NCBI GenBank assembly: GCA_043820105.1
Contig: JBDREC010000103.1
Coordinates: forward strand, 79,405-123,279
Direction: 5' to 3'
Source: Pseudomonadota bacterium
GTDB lineage: Bacteria; Bdellovibrionota_F; JAHFAK01; JBDREC01
Length of the DNA stretch: 43,875 nt
A program made the position numbers and the translations under genes. Shown here piece after piece: positions 27,445-36,678 of this stretch. The notes below the pieces were generated by a model. That model had not been told where the DNA came from and made no database searches. It saw nothing but the letters and a program-made list of their open reading frames with translations. Each line of letters begins with the position of its first letter. The stretch's first letter is position 1.

Positions 27445-28811
27445 TGGCTGTTTGGAGTAAGATAACATCTGGTAAGCTGGAAAACTTTTTTGATTGTTCA
27501 CCTGAGTTTTATCAACCAAAATATTTAAAGTTATCTAAAAAGCTTCGTTCATTACCATTGTTGCCTGTAGGAAAGTTGGCTTATATTACTGATGGAGAAC
27601 ATGGTAGTCCACAATGGGATAATAGTTCTAATATTAAATATGTTACAGCTGAGTATATTGGTTCCAATGTCATCAAAAATGGTAAAATGAAAACAATATC
27701 TATTGTTCAGGATAAACGCAATGCAAGAGCGAGGTTGCAGAAAAATGATGTGCTTGTTTATTCAGTTGGTGCTTACGCTGGATTAACAGCCAAAGCAGAA
27801 CCTCACTTATTTCCCGCAAATATTCCAAGATCTGTCGCAATCATTAGATTGAATAATATGGAGCTAGTTCTTCCTGGTTTTTTAAGTATATTTCTCAATT
27901 GTAAATATGGTACTTTCCAGAGCATACGTTTTCGTGCAGGAAATTCGCAACCTGTACTTGCTCTAGAAAAAATAAAACAGTTTGAGATACCATTGCTTGA
28001 TATTAAGTTTCAAAATGAAATTGATAATCTATATGACTATGCGTATGAAAAAAGAATGACCTCCAAATCCCTATACTCCCAAGCACAGGAACTTCTGGAA
28101 AAAGAGCTGGGGCTAGATAAGCTAGTTCTGGAAAAAACAAAAAGCTATGAAACAAGTTTTAGTGAAGTTGTGGATGGTGGACGGATAGATGCGGATTATT
28201 TTCAAGTTCAATATCTACAAATAAAAAATCAGATTATGAATTACTCAAAGGGCTATATTCCATTGCTAAAAACTGTTGATGTTCTGGCACCAAATGTTGA
28301 TCCACATAAAACACCTAATTCTAGATTCCAGTATGTTGAATTATCAAATATCAATTCTTCATTAGGTATGATTGATGGTTCAAAGTCATTGTTAGGGAAA
28401 GATACTCCATCTCGTGCTAGAAGGAAAGTTGAGACAGGAGACATTCTAGCATCATCAGTAGTTGGATCTGTTGAAAAAGCAGGTATTGTTGATGAAACAA
28501 AGAACGAAGGGCTTGCTTCAACTGGATTTTTTCATTTCAGAACAAAAGGACCTATCGTTGAATACTTACTGATTTTGATAAGATCCTTAATTGTCAAAAT
28601 GCAATTACAACAAGAATCGACAGGTGGTATTTTAAGTGCGGTATCCGAAACAAAATTAAAAAATCTTATAATTCCTGATTTTTCTCAGGAATTTCAGAAT
28701 AAAATTGCTGAATTAATTAAAAAATCCCATAAGGCTAAGAAAGAATCCGAACAACTCCTCGAACAAGCAAAGCTTCGAGTAGAGGAACTGATAGAAGGAG
28801 TGGTACAATGA
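27444..28811 (+). CDS. hsdS: Restriction-modification specificity subunit
   Basis: Two TRDs separated by conserved helices (QNEIDNL / QNKIAELI); TGATG coupling to the MTase. Confidence 0.85.
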   Translation: MAVWSKITSGKLENFFDCSPEFYQPKYLKLSKKLRSLPLLPVGKLAYITDGEHGSPQWDNSSNIKYVTAEYIGSNVIKNGKMKTISIVQDKRNARARLQKNDVLVYSVGAYAGLTAKAEPHLFPANIPRSVAIIRLNNMELVLPGFLSIFLNCKYGTFQSIRFRAGNSQPVLALEKIKQFEIPLLDIKFQNEIDNLYDYAYEKRMTSKSLYSQAQELLEKELGLDKLVLEKTKSYETSFSEVVDGGRIDADYFQVQYLQIKNQIMNYSKGYIPLLKTVDVLAPNVDPHKTPNSRFQYVELSNINSSLGMIDGSKSLLGKDTPSRARRKVETGDILASSVVGSVEKAGIVDETKNEGLASTGFFHFRTKGPIVEYLLILIRSLIVKMQLQQESTGGILSAVSETKLKNLIIPDFSQEFQNKIAELIKKSHKAKKESEQLLEQAKLRVEELIEGVVQ

Positions 28812-28996
28812 AACTAAGTAATGAGGACATAAAACTTCTTAAAGAGCTTTGCTCCAAACATCAGGTAAGTTTTACCAAAGTAATCAAACTTCTTGATACC
28901 GAACAGGAGTTCGAGTTTAAGGACCGTAGAACCGGTATCTATGATGCCTTACGTGATATTGTAAAAACCTCTTTTTCTGAGGAGGTGAGTCGATGA
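28808..28996 (+). CDS. Small protein of the type found upstream of dndD in DNA modification loci
   Basis: 62 aa; ATGA overlaps on both sides; LLKELCSKH..R.GI...L. Confidence 0.65.
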   Translation: MKLSNEDIKLLKELCSKHQVSFTKVIKLLDTEQEFEFKDRRTGIYDALRDIVKTSFSEEVSR

Positions 28997-30987
28997 AATT
29001 TCGTAAACTAACTATAGAAAACTACAAATCGTTTCAATATCCAACAGAGATATATTTTCCGGATGGAGAAAATGGTAAATCGATCTTTCTTGTGGGTGGT
29101 ATGAATGGCGCTGGAAAAACATCAATAATGGAGAGTATTAATTTTTGCCTCTATGGAGGTAAAGTTGATGAAATATACAGAGCAATAAACCGTAAAGAGA
29201 TCGCCAAGGGCAACTCAGCGGTAAGCTTTGAATTGGTTGCTGAACTTGACGATCATTCGGAGCTTATTGTAAAACGTTCCTGGAGTGCTGGAGTTATAGA
29301 TAGTCCGAAATCTAAAGATCTTAATGAACGTTTAGTTGTTGTAAAAGATGGCAAAAGAGTATCAGTCCAAAACCAGCAAATGTGGCAGGATTTTATTCGA
29401 GCAACAATTCCTCCAGGTATTACACAGTTTTTCTTTTTTGATGGTGAAAAAATCCAGGAAATAGCCGCTGATGACCACTCCGAGGTCAGGTTAAAATCAT
29501 CTCTTGAAGCTGCTTTAGGCATTCAAAATATCAACCAACTCTCCAGTGATCTTCTCTATTTAAAACAGGAAGAGCGGAAAGGATTTATTGAAATATCTGA
29601 TGAAGATTTGACCTACAAGGAGAGTGAACTTAAAAAAGAGAAGGCAAAACTTAGTAGACTTATCCGAGAACGTGATGAAGTCAAAGAAGATTTAACAAGG
29701 TTTAAAGAACAGTATGAAGAGGCTAAGAAACGATTTCAGGCAACTTTTAATCGAGATCCTGAAAGTAAAGATTCCATTCGTAAGCTTGAAAAAAGAAAAA
29801 TTCAAACTTCAAATCGTTTGGGCCAACTTGAAAATGAGATTCGTTCTCTTTGTGAGAAAAGTCTTCCCTTCAGTCTTATTGGAGGGCTTTTTGATGGTAT
29901 TCGTGAGCAAATTGAAAAAGAGCGAGAGTCATTGCAAGGAGAAGCCATTAAAGAACATGCGTCTGAGTTAGCAAAAAAGATAGTTCGCGTTGTTGAGGAG
30001 CCTGAACCGATCTATTCAGAGCATCTTTCAGAAGAGAAGATGCAGGAATTGGAAACTCGAATTTTCAAACTTCTGCGTGAAGGTAATAATAAAACAACTA
30101 TAGATAAGATTCTTAACCTATCAGACCGTGATGCAGCTCGTATTTTACATATGATGGAAGAATTAGAAAACAGTGATGTTTTTATGATTCAACCCCTAAT
30201 AGAAGAAAAACAAGAACTGAGTATAGAGATTAAGAAAATTGAAGCATCATTAAATAGTGGTATCTCAACCGATACAGAGCAGGAGCTTTTTCAGCAGCTA
30301 CAGGTAGAGATGGAGAGTTGTTCTACTCAAATAGGGAGAAAAACGGAACAGTTGCGAATTATGGAAGAGGATATTCTTTTACTTGAAAAGAATATACGAG
30401 AGATTGAACAGGAAATAGAGAAACTCTATGAAAGGTACAACCTCTCAAAGGGAAAAACGGATTTTATTAACGAATGTGATTCAATTGTAGGACTTCTAAG
30501 TCAGTTTATTGTTCGTATGCGTAAAAACAAAGTTCACCTCCTGCAGGAAAAAGCTTTTGAGATGTACAAACTACTTTCTTCAAGAAGTGGTCTTATTAAG
30601 GATATAATTATTGATGAAAAAAGCTACGAGGTTAGAATCTCTGATCGGAATGGTCACGAGATTAAAAAATCAAGTCTTTCTGCAGGGGAAAAAGAGGTTT
30701 TTGCTTTATCACTTCTCTGGGGGCTTTCACAAACCAGTCAGCTTAATCTTCCAATTATAATCGATACACCACTATCCCGCCTTGATAGTGCACACAGAGA
30801 TAATATTATTCGTAATTACTTTCCAAATGCTGGGAATCAAGTAATTATTTTATCTACTGATACTGAAATAGATAAAAATTATTATAAAATGTTAGAACCA
30901 CATTTAAGTGGAGCTGCAAGTCTTGTTTTTAATCAACAGCAAGAACTCACAACAGTGGAAACTGGATATTTCTGGGAGGGCAAATAA
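28993..30987 (+). CDS. dndD: DndD-like SMC/Rad50-type ATPase
   Basis: GGMNGAGKT, FFFDGEKI, LSAGEKE, IIDTPLSRLD, YFP..QVIILSTDTEI. Confidence 0.88.
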   Translation: MKFRKLTIENYKSFQYPTEIYFPDGENGKSIFLVGGMNGAGKTSIMESINFCLYGGKVDEIYRAINRKEIAKGNSAVSFELVAELDDHSELIVKRSWSAGVIDSPKSKDLNERLVVVKDGKRVSVQNQQMWQDFIRATIPPGITQFFFFDGEKIQEIAADDHSEVRLKSSLEAALGIQNINQLSSDLLYLKQEERKGFIEISDEDLTYKESELKKEKAKLSRLIRERDEVKEDLTRFKEQYEEAKKRFQATFNRDPESKDSIRKLEKRKIQTSNRLGQLENEIRSLCEKSLPFSLIGGLFDGIREQIEKERESLQGEAIKEHASELAKKIVRVVEEPEPIYSEHLSEEKMQELETRIFKLLREGNNKTTIDKILNLSDRDAARILHMMEELENSDVFMIQPLIEEKQELSIEIKKIEASLNSGISTDTEQELFQQLQVEMESCSTQIGRKTEQLRIMEEDILLLEKNIREIEQEIEKLYERYNLSKGKTDFINECDSIVGLLSQFIVRMRKNKVHLLQEKAFEMYKLLSSRSGLIKDIIIDEKSYEVRISDRNGHEIKKSSLSAGEKEVFALSLLWGLSQTSQLNLPIIIDTPLSRLDSAHRDNIIRNYFPNAGNQVIILSTDTEIDKNYYKMLEPHLSGAASLVFNQQQELTTVETGYFWEGK

Positions 30988-32513
30988 TGTCGGATAGACT
31001 CTATACAAATGTGGAAAGCGATGAAATACTAAGTGGACTTCGTTATGAAACCAAACTGGAAAAATATATTTTAGCCAGGATTGCTTTTTCGGTTTCTATC
31101 GCTTTGGATGGAAATAAAATACCACGCAGTACAGATTTTAGTGGTGCAGAAGTAAAACGCCCAACATTTATCGGATCAGATGAACTTTTTTTCAGAACCA
31201 TTCTTGCATACGTACATCAAGCGAAAGAGTTAAGTGAGGATGAATTTTATTCGAACAAATCGCTGATAAAAGATCACATTGATAATGGAAGTAAACATCT
31301 TACTCGCATTTTTGAAGAATCAAACCATAATTCTGAATTGTTTTTAAAAAAAATCACAAAGCTTGTTCAATTTTCGGGACGCAAAGAAATAAAAGGAACG
31401 GGACTAGAAATTTTTATTGGGAAAACACTGCTCGACCAAAAAGACCAAATTCTTGAGATCAATAATACCACTAGACATGCAAACTCACACCTGGCAATTA
31501 TGGGTAAGCCAGGAGTAGGAAAAACGCAATTTGTTTTGAAAGTTTTAGCAGATATACGTATCCAATCAAATTTCCAGACAAACTTTATATTTTTTGATTA
31601 TAAAGGTGATGTTGTTGATAATCAAAAGTTTCTTGATATAGCAAAGGTACAACCATTTCGTTTACTTCAAGGGAACCAGACTTTACCAATCAACCCTTTT
31701 GTTCTTCCAAATTATGATGAACAAACGATTAATATTTCAGCTCGAGAAAAAGCTGAAAGTTTTGCATCGATTAACTCTAAACTTGGAGTTGTTCAAAAAG
31801 GTGCACTTACTGAGGCAATCAGAGCAGCCTATGCCAAAAGAGCAGATTCAGCAATGCCTTTTCCGGACTTTCGGGATGTTTTGAATATCGCAGTAGCAAT
31901 GTATGAAGAGAACAACAAGCGTGATGACAGTTTGATAGAAGTGCTTCGTGATCTTGCGGATTTTGATCTTTTCTGGGCACATGGGAGTGAAATTGCCCCA
32001 ATTGAAAAATTATCTAATCGAACTCTATTGATTGATGTACATGCAATGCCTGTACTAAAAGAACTTGTTGGATATCTAGTAATCGAAAGATTATATAAGG
32101 AAATGGCATCACTTCCAGATAGTCCGGTTCAGGATGGTAAAAGAACTATTCGTACTATTTTGGTTATTGATGAAGCTCATAATTATCTCAGTCAAAAGAA
32201 TATCTTTCTTGAAAGAATTATTCGTGAAGGGCGCTCAAAAGGAATTGTAGTATTCTTTGCAAGCCAGTCCCCAAATGATTATCAACAGAAGTTTTTTAAC
32301 TTCCAGGAATTGCTTGAATTTGCCTACATCTTCCAGTGTGAAGGTGTATCAGCTAGCTCTGTTCAAGATATTCTTGGATGCAACAATAAAACTGCCAAGG
32401 ATCTACAAACAGAAATTGCTCGCTTAGAACCTTTCCAGGTAATTTCTCGAAGTAGTGAAAAGACAGCGGAATATATGAAATTTAATGCAGAGGCTTTTTA
32501 TAGGAGTTATTGA
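30987..32513 (+). CDS. DndE-like domain fused to a HerA/FtsK (DndH/DptH-like) ATPase
   Basis: N-terminal LARIAFSVSI...HIDNG; GKPGVGKT, DYKGD, IDEAH, REGRSKG, ASQSP. Confidence 0.75.
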   Translation: MSDRLYTNVESDEILSGLRYETKLEKYILARIAFSVSIALDGNKIPRSTDFSGAEVKRPTFIGSDELFFRTILAYVHQAKELSEDEFYSNKSLIKDHIDNGSKHLTRIFEESNHNSELFLKKITKLVQFSGRKEIKGTGLEIFIGKTLLDQKDQILEINNTTRHANSHLAIMGKPGVGKTQFVLKVLADIRIQSNFQTNFIFFDYKGDVVDNQKFLDIAKVQPFRLLQGNQTLPINPFVLPNYDEQTINISAREKAESFASINSKLGVVQKGALTEAIRAAYAKRADSAMPFPDFRDVLNIAVAMYEENNKRDDSLIEVLRDLADFDLFWAHGSEIAPIEKLSNRTLLIDVHAMPVLKELVGYLVIERLYKEMASLPDSPVQDGKRTIRTILVIDEAHNYLSQKNIFLERIIREGRSKGIVVFFASQSPNDYQQKFFNFQELLEFAYIFQCEGVSASSVQDILGCNNKTAKDLQTEIARLEPFQVISRSSEKTAEYMKFNAEAFYRSY

Positions 32514-32514
32514 A

Positions 32515-32700
32515 ATGTGTTCCTCTACTATAGATAATTGGCTTTCTCAAAGACCTAAATGGCAGCAATTTGCTGCAAAAATATTATTAGATAAAGGTTC
32601 AATTACAGAAAAAGAAGTCACAGAGCTTACCTCGCATTGTCTAAAAGCGCGCTTTACACCTCCGGACACATTATTTTTTTTGGCTAAATACAAAGGCTGA
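32515..32700 (+). pseudogene. Probable 5' remnant of a large defence-type ATPase gene
   Basis: WLSQRPKWQQFAA..LL resembles such N-termini; ORF ends after about 60 codons. Confidence 0.4.
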
Positions 32701-32897
32701 AGGCAGGTCATTGATAATAAGAGTTAGAAAATGTTCTTAACAATAGTCCATTGTCAGAAAAAACTATTGGGGGTTGGGTTCCATTTTCTAGAATAAAATT
32801 CAATTATTTCAAAATTAGCAGGGTCTAAATATTTTACTAGAAATTGTTGTCAAAAGCTGTTATTGACATTTTTTAGAATAACTATTTGTTAATAAGG

Positions 32898-35800
32898 ATG
32901 AGTTATTTGAAATATTTAATATTATTAATTCTATTTATGACTTCATGTATTGATTTCTCTTCTTTTGAGCGTTCTAATCCTTTTGATGAAGAAAATGAAG
33001 AAACTCATGGTGTTGCTGTTGATATTACAGTTACTCAAGGACAGGATTATATAAAGATTGAATGGGATAGTCTTGAGTCTTATGATGTTGATGGGTATCT
33101 GGTATATCGGGGATCAAATTCAGACAGTTATTTGAAAATTAAAAATTCTTTTGATGTTAGTCTTAGTTATCTGGAAATATTGGAAGCAACAGTAACCAGC
33201 TATACAGACTATGATCTTACTGATGGAATATCGTATTATTATTATGTTATGCCTTGGCTTGGGGAAGATGTTGAGGAAAATTTATCAATATCAAGGAGTG
33301 ATTGCTATTCTATTCATGCAAGAATTGATACTGATGGTGATGGTTATTTAGATAGAGATGATGATGACAGTGATAATGATGGCTTAATAGATGAGGAGGA
33401 TAATTGTCCTTATGATTCGAATGAGGATCAAGCTGACTATGATGAAGATGGTGTTGGGGATCTCTGTGATAATTGCTATGCACATTCAAATTCAGATCAA
33501 TTAGACACAAATGATGATGGAGTGGGTGATGAATGTACAGTGACTCCTGATACAACGCTTTTAGCTTCTCCTGCTTTAATTACTAATTCAACTACAGCTG
33601 AATTTGAGTTTTCTTGTGATGCTTTTGAATGTTCGTTTAGATGTGGAATTGATGGAGAGTCAGTAACCTCATGTGTTTCACCATTGGAATTAGATGATCT
33701 GGAAGATGGGGAACATACCTTTGGGATCTATGCTGTTGATTATTATGGAAACTTTGAAGAAGAGGGTGTTGGTTATACTTGGGTTGTTGATACAACAGAG
33801 CCTTATACTTTTATTACAACAAATCCTGATTTATATGATAGTGTTAATAATTTTGAATTATCATCTGATGAAGATATTTATGATGGTGCTGATCTTACTT
33901 ATGAATATAAAATAGATGATGGTCCTTATCAGGAATGTTCATCAACTTTAAATTTGACTGGTATAACCGAGGGATCACACACAATTTATGTTAGATCCTA
34001 TGACGCTGCTGGAAATTATGACGAAAGCCCAGCGACTTATACTTGGACTTATGATGCTACTAATCCAACAACTATTATAGATTCTTATCCTAATAATCCT
34101 GATAACACTGCAACATTTACTTTCGAGGCTGATGAAGAAGTTACATATGAATGTAAAATAGACAGTGAGGCATATGAGGCATGTACTTCACCTAAAACAT
34201 ATTCAAGCTTGTCACAGGCTTCACACACTTTTTATGTGCGAGGAACAGACTTGGCTGGGAATGTAGAGGAGACTCCGCAATCTTATACATGGGTTTATGA
34301 TACGGTATATCCAAGTTTAACAGTTATTTCTACCCCAGATAATCCTGGAAGCGGATCAACATTTGAATTTTCCTCTGATGATATTGCAGGGAATTTTTAC
34401 TGTAAATTAGATGCAGAAGCATATTCTGCGTGTAGTTCTCCCAAAACATATTCGTCATTAACACAAGGAAGCCATACTGTTTATATGAAAGTTATTGACC
34501 AGGCTGGTAATCAAGATATTTCTTCATACAGTTATACATGGGTATATGATACAATTGACCCAACTACTTCAATTGAATCAACACCAGAAAACCCTGGCAA
34601 CACCTCAACTTTTAGCTTTGATTCTGATGATGAAAGCACAACATTTTATTGTAAGATAGACAGTGAAAGTTATAGTGAATGTACATCTCCAAAAATTTAC
34701 ACAGGATTAAGTGAAACTTCACATACTTTTTATGTTAAGTCTATAGATCAAGCAGGTAATGAGGATGACACCCCAGCTTCTTATTCATGGACATATGATG
34801 TTACAAATCCAACTTCGACTATTTTGACAAATCCAGAAGAATACACTAATGAAACTTCATACACCTTTTCATTTTCTGCTGATGAAACTGTAACTTTTGA
34901 GTGTAAAATAGATACTGGGAGCTATGAAACATGCACTTCACCTAAGACTTATTCAAGTTTAAGTGAATCAAGCCATACATTTTATTTGAAGGCTAATGAT
35001 TTAGCAGACAATGAAGAATCAAGTCCCCAAGCTTATACTTGGACTTATGATAATACAGACCCTAGCACTACAATAACAGGGTATCCAGATGATCCATCTT
35101 CTTCTAGCTCAGCTACATTTAATTTTAGTGCTGATGAAACTTCTACTTACGAATGCAAAATAGACAGTGGTGACTATGAAACCTGCACATCGCCTAAAGA
35201 ATATTCAAACTTAACCGAGCATAATCATACATTTTACGTTAGAGCAACAGACCTTGCTGGAAATTTAGAAAGTACAGAAGCTTCTTACTCTTGGGATATG
35301 GATTGGTACCAATATGGATGGAGCTATAATCTTGGAGGAATCAATGGTGATTATGGTAGAAGTATATTTGTAGATTCAAATGATAATCTTTGTTTTGGAG
35401 GGTCTTTTTCAGGGACAGCTAATTTAAATGATTTGGATAATCCAACTTATTATACAGCAGAAGGGTCAAGAGATGCTTTTATAAGAAAAATTGCAAGTAA
35501 TGAGGTTCAACGGGGGTTTTTGGATATTATTGAGGGTGATGGATATGCTTCCGTTTATGGTATAGCCGAAGATAGCAATGGAAACATATACATAGCAGGC
35601 ATTTGGACAGGTGTAGCTGATTTTGGTGGACCATATGAGTTCACAGGTGATGGAGGTATATTTGTTGCAAAATATACACCTGAAGGTGGTTTGCATTGGG
35701 CAAAGGTAAATGAAGCCAGTTTCAGGACTATCGGAAATCCTATTGCGGTTGATAGTAACGACAATATATATTTAACTGGCTATTTTGTAGACACAGTTGA

Positions 35801-36671
35801 CTTTGATTTTAGTGACGAAATAGATGAATATACAGCTGATGCTTATGGAGATATCTTTGTTACAAAAATAAATTCTGATGGTGGCTATGTTTGGACAAAA
35901 GCATTTGGAGGATCAGGTTATGATAGAGCACACTCAATAGCTATTGATTCAAATGATAACATTTTTATTATTGGTGAATATGATTCTGACCCAATAGACT
36001 TTGATTTTGATGGTGGAGGGGATGAGCATGGTAATCAAGGGATTTGGGACGTTTTTTTGACCAAAATAAATTCAGATGGTGCTTACGCTTGGACAAAGGT
36101 TTTTGGTGGGGACAACGATGACTTAGGTCATTCAATTGTAATAGATAGTAATGATAACATATGGCTTGCTGGTAAATTTATGTCAACTTCAGTAGATTTT
36201 GATTATACAGAAGCTGATGATACAATTTATCCTTCAGGTGGAAATTATGATACATTTGTTATGAAAATTAATTCAAACTATACATATAATCAAACAATAA
36301 CTTTTGGAAACACAGATTATGGAGTACAGGGTTTTAACATTACAAAGGATAGTCTGGATAACATTTTTATCACAGGTGAATTTAAATATACTGTAGATTT
36401 TGACTTTACTGATGGAGTTGATGAGCACACAGCTTCTACAAAACAAATTTATATTACAAAAATCAATAATGACATGACATACGCTTGGACTAAAGTATTT
36501 GGTGCAACGATGGAAGGCATGGAAACTTTTGTAAATAGTAGTGGTGATATTTATACTGTTAATTATTTTAGAAATACTGCTGACTTTGATTATTCAGATG
36601 GTACTGACAATTTAACATCTGAAGGAGATGATGACTTTTCAATCACAAAAATTGAGCGAATTGAGGATTAA
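32898..36671 (+). CDS. Large surface lipoprotein: FN3-like domain, TSP3 Ca-binding repeats, about six Ig-like repeats, SBBP propeller
   Basis: Lipobox MTSC; DGDG..DNCP; repeated ECKID...CTSP..HTFYV..D.AGN. Confidence 0.85.
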   Translation: MSYLKYLILLILFMTSCIDFSSFERSNPFDEENEETHGVAVDITVTQGQDYIKIEWDSLESYDVDGYLVYRGSNSDSYLKIKNSFDVSLSYLEILEATVTSYTDYDLTDGISYYYYVMPWLGEDVEENLSISRSDCYSIHARIDTDGDGYLDRDDDDSDNDGLIDEEDNCPYDSNEDQADYDEDGVGDLCDNCYAHSNSDQLDTNDDGVGDECTVTPDTTLLASPALITNSTTAEFEFSCDAFECSFRCGIDGESVTSCVSPLELDDLEDGEHTFGIYAVDYYGNFEEEGVGYTWVVDTTEPYTFITTNPDLYDSVNNFELSSDEDIYDGADLTYEYKIDDGPYQECSSTLNLTGITEGSHTIYVRSYDAAGNYDESPATYTWTYDATNPTTIIDSYPNNPDNTATFTFEADEEVTYECKIDSEAYEACTSPKTYSSLSQASHTFYVRGTDLAGNVEETPQSYTWVYDTVYPSLTVISTPDNPGSGSTFEFSSDDIAGNFYCKLDAEAYSACSSPKTYSSLTQGSHTVYMKVIDQAGNQDISSYSYTWVYDTIDPTTSIESTPENPGNTSTFSFDSDDESTTFYCKIDSESYSECTSPKIYTGLSETSHTFYVKSIDQAGNEDDTPASYSWTYDVTNPTSTILTNPEEYTNETSYTFSFSADETVTFECKIDTGSYETCTSPKTYSSLSESSHTFYLKANDLADNEESSPQAYTWTYDNTDPSTTITGYPDDPSSSSSATFNFSADETSTYECKIDSGDYETCTSPKEYSNLTEHNHTFYVRATDLAGNLESTEASYSWDMDWYQYGWSYNLGGINGDYGRSIFVDSNDNLCFGGSFSGTANLNDLDNPTYYTAEGSRDAFIRKIASNEVQRGFLDIIEGDGYASVYGIAEDSNGNIYIAGIWTGVADFGGPYEFTGDGGIFVAKYTPEGGLHWAKVNEASFRTIGNPIAVDSNDNIYLTGYFVDTVDFDFSDEIDEYTADAYGDIFVTKINSDGGYVWTKAFGGSGYDRAHSIAIDSNDNIFIIGEYDSDPIDFDFDGGGDEHGNQGIWDVFLTKINSDGAYAWTKVFGGDNDDLGHSIVIDSNDNIWLAGKFMSTSVDFDYTEADDTIYPSGGNYDTFVMKINSNYTYNQTITFGNTDYGVQGFNITKDSLDNIFITGEFKYTVDFDFTDGVDEHTASTKQIYITKINNDMTYAWTKVFGATMEGMETFVNSSGDIYTVNYFRNTADFDYSDGTDNLTSEGDDDFSITKIERIED

Positions 36672-36678
36672 TTAAGGT

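Noticed and set aside
28993-32513. Complete phosphorothioation (dnd) system
   Set aside because: No dndC, dndA or dndB in the window.
33540-35300. Repeated DNA segments of about 250 bp as DGR template/variable repeats
   Set aside because: They are in-frame Ig-like domain repeats, and no reverse transcriptase is present.
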